Assembly (NCBI GenBank): GCA_963815145.1
Contig: CAWFFS010000027.1
Coordinates: forward strand, 448,751 to 512,750
Direction of reading: 5' to 3'
DNA from: an uncultured delta proteobacterium
GTDB lineage: Bacteria > Desulfobacterota > DSM-4660 > Desulfatiglandales > HGW-15
Length of the DNA stretch: 64,000 nt
Position numbers and translations under genes: made by a program. The notes under the pieces are model-generated. The model was not told where the DNA came from. It ran no database searches and saw nothing but the letters and a program-made list of their open reading frames with translations. Shown one piece after another: positions 60,090-64,000 of the stretch. Numbering within the stretch: position 1 is the stretch's first letter; every line of letters begins with the position of its first letter.

Positions 60090-60915
60090 ATGAATCTGAC
60101 AATATTAAAAATCATCTTTTCTGTTGCTGTTTTTTTTACAGGCGCTTTTGGAGCACTTTTTCCCTGGAGTATGAAAAAGGCATCTTCCGGAGGCCGCTTC
60201 ATGATCTGGGGAGATACTCTTGCGGGGGGTGCGCTCTTGGGCGCCGGGCTTATACACCTGCTCAGCGGCAGTGTCGAAGGTTTCCAAAATCTGGCCCCCG
60301 GATTGGGCTATCCGCTGGCATACCTCCTTACAGGAGCCGGATTTCTTCTGATCCTGTTGATCGAAGCTGTGCTTATGGCCGACCACGATCCCAATAATTC
60401 CCCCCTCCACTGCGGTATCGGAGGCGCCGGCCATGAGGTCGGTGCAGGGCCTCAGACGCAAGAACGACACCCCTATACATTCATTCTTCTTTTAGTGCTA
60501 TCAGTGCATTCAGTTATACTCGGCCTGGCGTTGGGGGCACAGACCTCCCTGACGAGCGCACTTGCTGTTTTTATCGCCATTCTCTCCCACAAGGCAATGG
60601 CGGGCTTCGCGCTTGGGGTCAGCTACAGGCGGGTAAATTCTCCGCTAAGTAAAACAGTACCTATTGCAGCGCTTTTTGCCAGTATGACACCACTGGGGAT
60701 TCTGACGGGCACGGCCGTCAACATGATGATCTCTCCTGCCAATCGTTTGTGGTTCGAGGTGATCTTTAATGCCAGTTGGAGCCGGAACTTTCATCTACAT
60801 TGCCACGCTGGATATCATCCGGACGGAGTTTGAACTTCCGGGAGACAACTGGCAAAAATGGCTGCTGGCCACCTCAGGATTCGGATTCATGTCGATTCTC
60901 GCCATATGGATTTAG
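60090..60915 (+). pseudogene. ZIP-family divalent metal transporter (ZupT-like) with a 1-nt frameshift near 60772
   Basis: TM-rich with a His-containing cytoplasmic loop and the HKAMAGFALG motif. The conserved C-terminus GAGTFIYIATLDII... continues in the +1 frame to TAG 60913..60915. Confidence 0.8.
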
Positions 60916-60990
60916 TGCTCTTAAAGGTTAATTTCCGTTCCAGCTAAAGTCATTTCTTCATGTCCCGATCCATAAATAAAAAAAGTTCCT

Positions 60991-61644
60991 TTAACCTTGA
61001 GCCCTGGGTCCTGCGCCTTTAGCCATGTTCTTCTTTGATTTCATATAGGCAATAACCCCCATCAGCCCAAAAATATAACCTATCCCGCCAATGACCTCTG
61101 TAACAGTGGGACCTTTGTCCTCCCTGAGCAATGCCAGTTCTTTTACAACCGGTTCAAGTTTTGCATCAAGGGCCTTATCCAGCTCCTTCCGCAGTCGATC
61201 CTGCCCGTATGCTACCCGGGCCGGGCTTTCCGACTTAACATTGGTATCAGTATCAGCATTCGCTTCTGCCGCCGGGACCTTGTCTGATACAAACTCCGAT
61301 TTCTTAAACAGATACTCGGCACCATGCCCCATGGATGCATCCAGGACAATCCTGAGGTCAGCTATTTTCGGTATTTTAAATGAAAAATCCCCGTTCTCAT
61401 CGGTCTTACCGCTCACAAGCTCTTTTCCTTGCATGTCAAAGACCTTTACAGTTCCATTCTTGACCTTTATATTTCCGGGAAAATAACTTTCAGTATGGAT
61501 CATATCCCCTTCGGCCCATGCGAACAGGTAGACCTTGTGGGCATAGGCCGTGGAAACATAAAAAAAGAAAACAAACATAAATGTGAGTGCAGTAAAAAGC
61601 CTGTATTTTTTATTTCTCTTTGATCTTTTTTCACTGGTTTTCAT
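60991..61644 (-). CDS. nikL: Two-TM accessory component of the Ni/Co ECF transporter (NikL-like)
   Basis: N-terminal TM, a periplasmic transthyretin-like segment (HKVYLFAW..G.....V.V.D..G......KTDENGDFSF) and a C-terminal TM. Overlaps the nikM stop by 14 nt. Confidence 0.5.
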   Translation of the reverse strand: MKTSEKRSKRNKKYRLFTALTFMFVFFFYVSTAYAHKVYLFAWAEGDMIHTESYFPGNIKVKNGTVKVFDMQGKELVSGKTDENGDFSFKIPKIADLRIVLDASMGHGAEYLFKKSEFVSDKVPAAEANADTDTNVKSESPARVAYGQDRLRKELDKALDAKLEPVVKELALLREDKGPTVTEVIGGIGYIFGLMGVIAYMKSKKNMAKGAGPRAQG

Positions 61645-62245
61645 AAACCGCCTCCAGAATATCCGGTTTTACTTTTTTCAGGAACCTTATGCAGAAAAAG
61701 GTAATTATCCCTTCGATCAGCATTATTGGAAGATTGGCCAGCACAATGAGTTTGGCGACCGTCAGGAATTGCTCCCCTGTAAAATAAAGAGAAAACGCGA
61801 CCATAATAGCGCTTAAAAACACCGCTCCGAATCCGCATAAAAAGGATGCAATAGATGATGCTATAACATTATTACCTTTGACCGCCCGCCCGAACACAAG
61901 GTAGCACACAACTGCCGGAAGGGCCATGTTCAGCGTATTAACGCCAAGAGTAGTAAATCCACCATACTGAAACAGTATGGCCTGGAGCAACAAGCCTACC
62001 AGGATAGCAGGAAAGGCGGCCCAGCCCAGAAATATGCCCACGAGCCCGTTCAAAACAAGGTGTATGCTGCTTGGCCCCACAGGCACATGAATAAGTGATG
62101 CGACGAAAAATCCTGCCGAGAGTATGGCAACCTGCGGAATGCTGTCGTAATCTATCTTTTTGAGACCGATCGTTGTTCCGGCAACTGTAAGGGCTGCCCC
62201 TGAAAGCAGCACGGGTGCAGTAAGAATTCCTTCAGAGATATGCAA
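61631..62245 (-). CDS. nikM: CbiM/NikM substrate-capture component of an ECF-type nickel/cobalt transporter
   Basis: N-terminal MHISEGIL (the metal-ligating Met1-His2 motif of CbiM/NikM). 204 aa, about 6-7 TM helices. Confidence 0.85.
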   Translation of the reverse strand: MHISEGILTAPVLLSGAALTVAGTTIGLKKIDYDSIPQVAILSAGFFVASLIHVPVGPSSIHLVLNGLVGIFLGWAAFPAILVGLLLQAILFQYGGFTTLGVNTLNMALPAVVCYLVFGRAVKGNNVIASSIASFLCGFGAVFLSAIMVAFSLYFTGEQFLTVAKLIVLANLPIMLIEGIITFFCIRFLKKVKPDILEAVYENQ

Positions 62246-62340
62246 TTCATTAATCCTTTCGCTTAAAATAACCCGGCTTCGTTCTTACGAGCTATGCCAT
62301 GGTTTATTTTGTATTCATACTGAAGTAAGGCGCAGTGCTG

Positions 62341-62408
62341 AATATAAAAATAAAAAAGCCACAAAAACTTTTTCTGGAATCATAAATTCCTAAAAGCCTT
62401 CGTGGCTG
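62341..62408 (-). terminator. Terminator-like hairpin element, GCCACGAAGG family copy 5 (nikM leader)
   Basis: The minus strand reads AGCCACGAAGGCUUUU-(GGAAU...AUUCC)-AAAAAGUUUUUGUGGCU, then U7AU5. Confidence 0.6.
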
Positions 62409-62502
62409 AATTTTTCATTATTTGATGCTACGATTTTTAATAAGGCTTCGTGCCTTTTTTGTGAAGAATATAACAGTATATTTTTTTATGTCAATAATAT
62501 TT
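62352..62502 (-). repeat. Duplicated promoter-leader module, copy 2
   Basis: Collinear with 59509..59656. Confidence 0.85.
62467..62494 (-). promoter_or_regulatory. Sigma70-like promoter (nikM leader)
   Basis: The minus strand reads TTGACA, 16 nt, TATATT. Nearly identical to the nikK promoter. It starts directly after the SDR stop codon. Confidence 0.5.
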
Positions 62503-63396
62503 CTACATATCAAAGATATAGGGCAGGGTCTTCGGATATTTTTCCCTTTCCTTTCCCCTTGTAAGTGTTTCGGGCATTACCCGGGAGAATTCCTCGGGGG
62601 TCCAGCGGCCGTCCTTCCAGAGGACCTGCTCAAGGGGTTGAGGTTCTGTGAATATGCCCACCCTGTTCCTGAATACCTCAAAGATACAGCCGTTTATGTT
62701 TCCGGCCTGTTCACTGGCCAGGTAGGTAACAAAGGCGGCAACATCTTCAGGCCTGTTTTCTTCCATGATACCCTGTTTATCTTCTATGCCCCGCCAGGCT
62801 GCGAGGGGGCGTATGATGTTACATGTTGTTCCGAACTGTCCCATGTCCCTTGCCACTGTCCTCGCAAAACCTACTATACCTTCCTTTACGCATGAGTATG
62901 CTGCCTGCCCGAAAAAGCCAAACCCTATATGGGAAGATGTACAGACAATCCTTCCATAACCCTGTTTCTTCATTGTTGCAGTCGCAGACCTTGTGCAGAA
63001 AAATGTCCCGTAAAGGTGTGTCTTTATCATGGCATCCCAGTCCTCGGTTTTTATTGCCCAGATCACTTCATTGCGTATAATTCCCGCATTGTTTACAAGA
63101 ATATCCAGGCGGCCGTAGTTATCAATGGCTGTTTGAATGATGTTTTTTGCCCCTTCCTCCGAAATAACACTGTTATAGTTTGCGATCGCTTCTCCGCCGG
63201 CCTTTTTAATGGTATCTACAACCCTGTCCGCGTCTTCTGATGATGCACCCCTGCCGTCGTGGCTGGTCCCCAGATCGTTTACAACCACTTTAGCCCCCTG
63301 GGCAGCCATGGCTATTGCCTCGGCACGGCCAAGGCCGTTGCCTGCTCCTGTTATAACTGCCACCCTGTTTTTCAACATGTCTCCCATTTTTTTCAC
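62503..63396 (-). CDS. Short-chain dehydrogenase/reductase (MFE-2 / hydroxyacyl-CoA dehydrogenase-like)
   Basis: VAVITGAGNGLGRA cofactor motif, NNAG, and a catalytic S...Y...K region. The start may be ATG 63387 rather than GTG 63396. Confidence 0.85.
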   Translation of the reverse strand: MKKMGDMLKNRVAVITGAGNGLGRAEAIAMAAQGAKVVVNDLGTSHDGRGASSEDADRVVDTIKKAGGEAIANYNSVISEEGAKNIIQTAIDNYGRLDILVNNAGIIRNEVIWAIKTEDWDAMIKTHLYGTFFCTRSATATMKKQGYGRIVCTSSHIGFGFFGQAAYSCVKEGIVGFARTVARDMGQFGTTCNIIRPLAAWRGIEDKQGIMEENRPEDVAAFVTYLASEQAGNINGCIFEVFRNRVGIFTEPQPLEQVLWKDGRWTPEEFSRVMPETLTRGKEREKYPKTLPYIFDM

Positions 63397-63640
63397 CTTA
63401 TATCTTCAGGTTTTGGTATTTATGTGTAAGTCATGATTGACCGAGAATAAAACTGGTTTTGTATATAGTGTTTATCCTTACGCCTTGAGCCCTGTGTCTT
63501 GCGCCTATTTTATTCGCTCCTCATATTTTTTTGCATAACAATAAAAGATCTATCTTTATTTCCTGATCAGGAATTGTAATTTTAGCAGGGGTTTTATAGT
63601 TTGAAAAGAGATGTCTTTCATAAAGTAGGGGTCATAACAA

Positions 63641-63670
63641 GAAACCCTCCCCGAAATTGGGGAGGGTTTC
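63641..63670. terminator. Perfect 12-bp hairpin, a possible terminator for a gene beyond the window
   Basis: GAAACCCTCCCC-GAAATT-GGGGAGGGTTTC. There is no clear T tract on the plus strand. Confidence 0.4.
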
Positions 63671-64000
63671 ATTAGGAGAGGTACTAGAACACAAAACAAA
63701 ATTACTTTTTAAGTTTCCGCGTTTTGCGGATAAATTGAGTTAAATTAACGACCTCCTTTCTTTATTAAGTTAAAAGTTACTTTTCACCAATCCTGGCAAT
63801 AGTCCTTACAGAAACAATGCCACCACAGTCATAATAGGTATTAATTGTATTATTTTTATCATTAAATCAGTGTGTTTAATAACTGGTATTTGCAATATGC
63901 ATACCAAAGATGAATAAGGGCGGGTGAAAGGCGGTTTCGAAGATATGGAACTGATATGTCATGACAGGCCTTATGATTCCAAAAACCTTGCTGCACAAAT

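Noticed and set aside
59422-60202. ORFs 59422..59616 (+) and 59816..60202 (-) in the nikK-ZIP intergenic region
   Set aside because: They overlap the repeat and hairpin elements or AT-rich spacer. They have no RBS and implausible composition. The region is better explained as regulatory RNA/DNA.
59509-62456. Guanidine-II (mini-ykkC) riboswitch, because of tandem hairpins with ACGA-containing loops
   Set aside because: Mini-ykkC hairpins have ACGR tetraloops closed by G-C pairs and precede sugE/emrE or carboxylase genes. Here the loops are 5 nt (A[C/U]GAA), the closing pairs differ, and the downstream genes are nickel-uptake components.

Overview
This 64-kb window reads as a chromosomal segment from an anaerobic, probably sulfate-reducing Desulfobacterota-like bacterium. 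That origin is inferred from gene content only. I found no transposase, integrase, CRISPR array or recognisable defence genes.

**1-31 kb, mostly housekeeping and energy metabolism**
- A truncated PPDK-like gene followed by a long-form GAPDH, then rpsU.
- A Qrc-type cytochrome c / molybdopterin-like / FeS / NrfD membrane redox complex.
- nadB, and a pilMNOPQ operon with a TPR lipoprotein gene.
- lepB, a 1174-aa pyruvate:ferredoxin oxidoreductase, and tRNA-Arg(UCG) plus tRNA-Lys(CUU).
- A TRAP transporter, purB, a stand-alone receiver protein, a hisD-like gene, a DUF1285-like gene and ppiD.

**31-62 kb, an unusually dense metal-homeostasis region**
- TonB-dependent receptor, methyltransferase and FecCD-type ABC importer, followed by two FmdE-domain proteins, DUF3842, a CooT-like Ni chaperone and a small His-ladder protein.
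- EncFtn-like ferritin and a peroxiredoxin interrupted by an in-frame TGA.
- DtxR/MntR-type repressor with feoA-feoB-feoC-feoA.
- Two beta-barrel outer-membrane proteins and a Znu/Tro-type ABC importer.
- A ZIP transporter and NikK/NikM/NikL ECF nickel/cobalt components.

**Most notable observations**
1. The peroxiredoxin has its peroxidatic Cys codon replaced by in-frame TGA, with a SECIS-like hairpin directly downstream. It is probably a selenoprotein.
2. A conserved terminator-like hairpin with 5' arm (A/G)GCCACGAAGG(C/U) occurs five times. All copies lie in leaders or intergenic regions of the Ni/metal-uptake operons. This includes a duplicated ~150-bp promoter-leader module and two tandem copies in the nikK leader. 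It is a candidate undescribed attenuator, riboswitch or sRNA family.
3. A ~150-nt structured leader (hairpin plus predicted three-way junction) precedes the TonB receptor operon and fits no riboswitch class I can recognise.
4. Several genes are disrupted. hldD has an internal TAG, and eno and the ZIP transporter have 1-nt frameshifts. A DUF3786-like ORF appears to have lost its stop in a T8 run. The eno and DUF3786-like lesions sit in homopolymers, so sequencing error is a serious alternative to real pseudogenisation.
5. Two small ORFs fall below the 60-aa cutoff of the ORF track: a 52-aa protein with 8 Cys and a 26-aa mini-lipoprotein.

All family assignments come from motifs read by eye. No database search was run.
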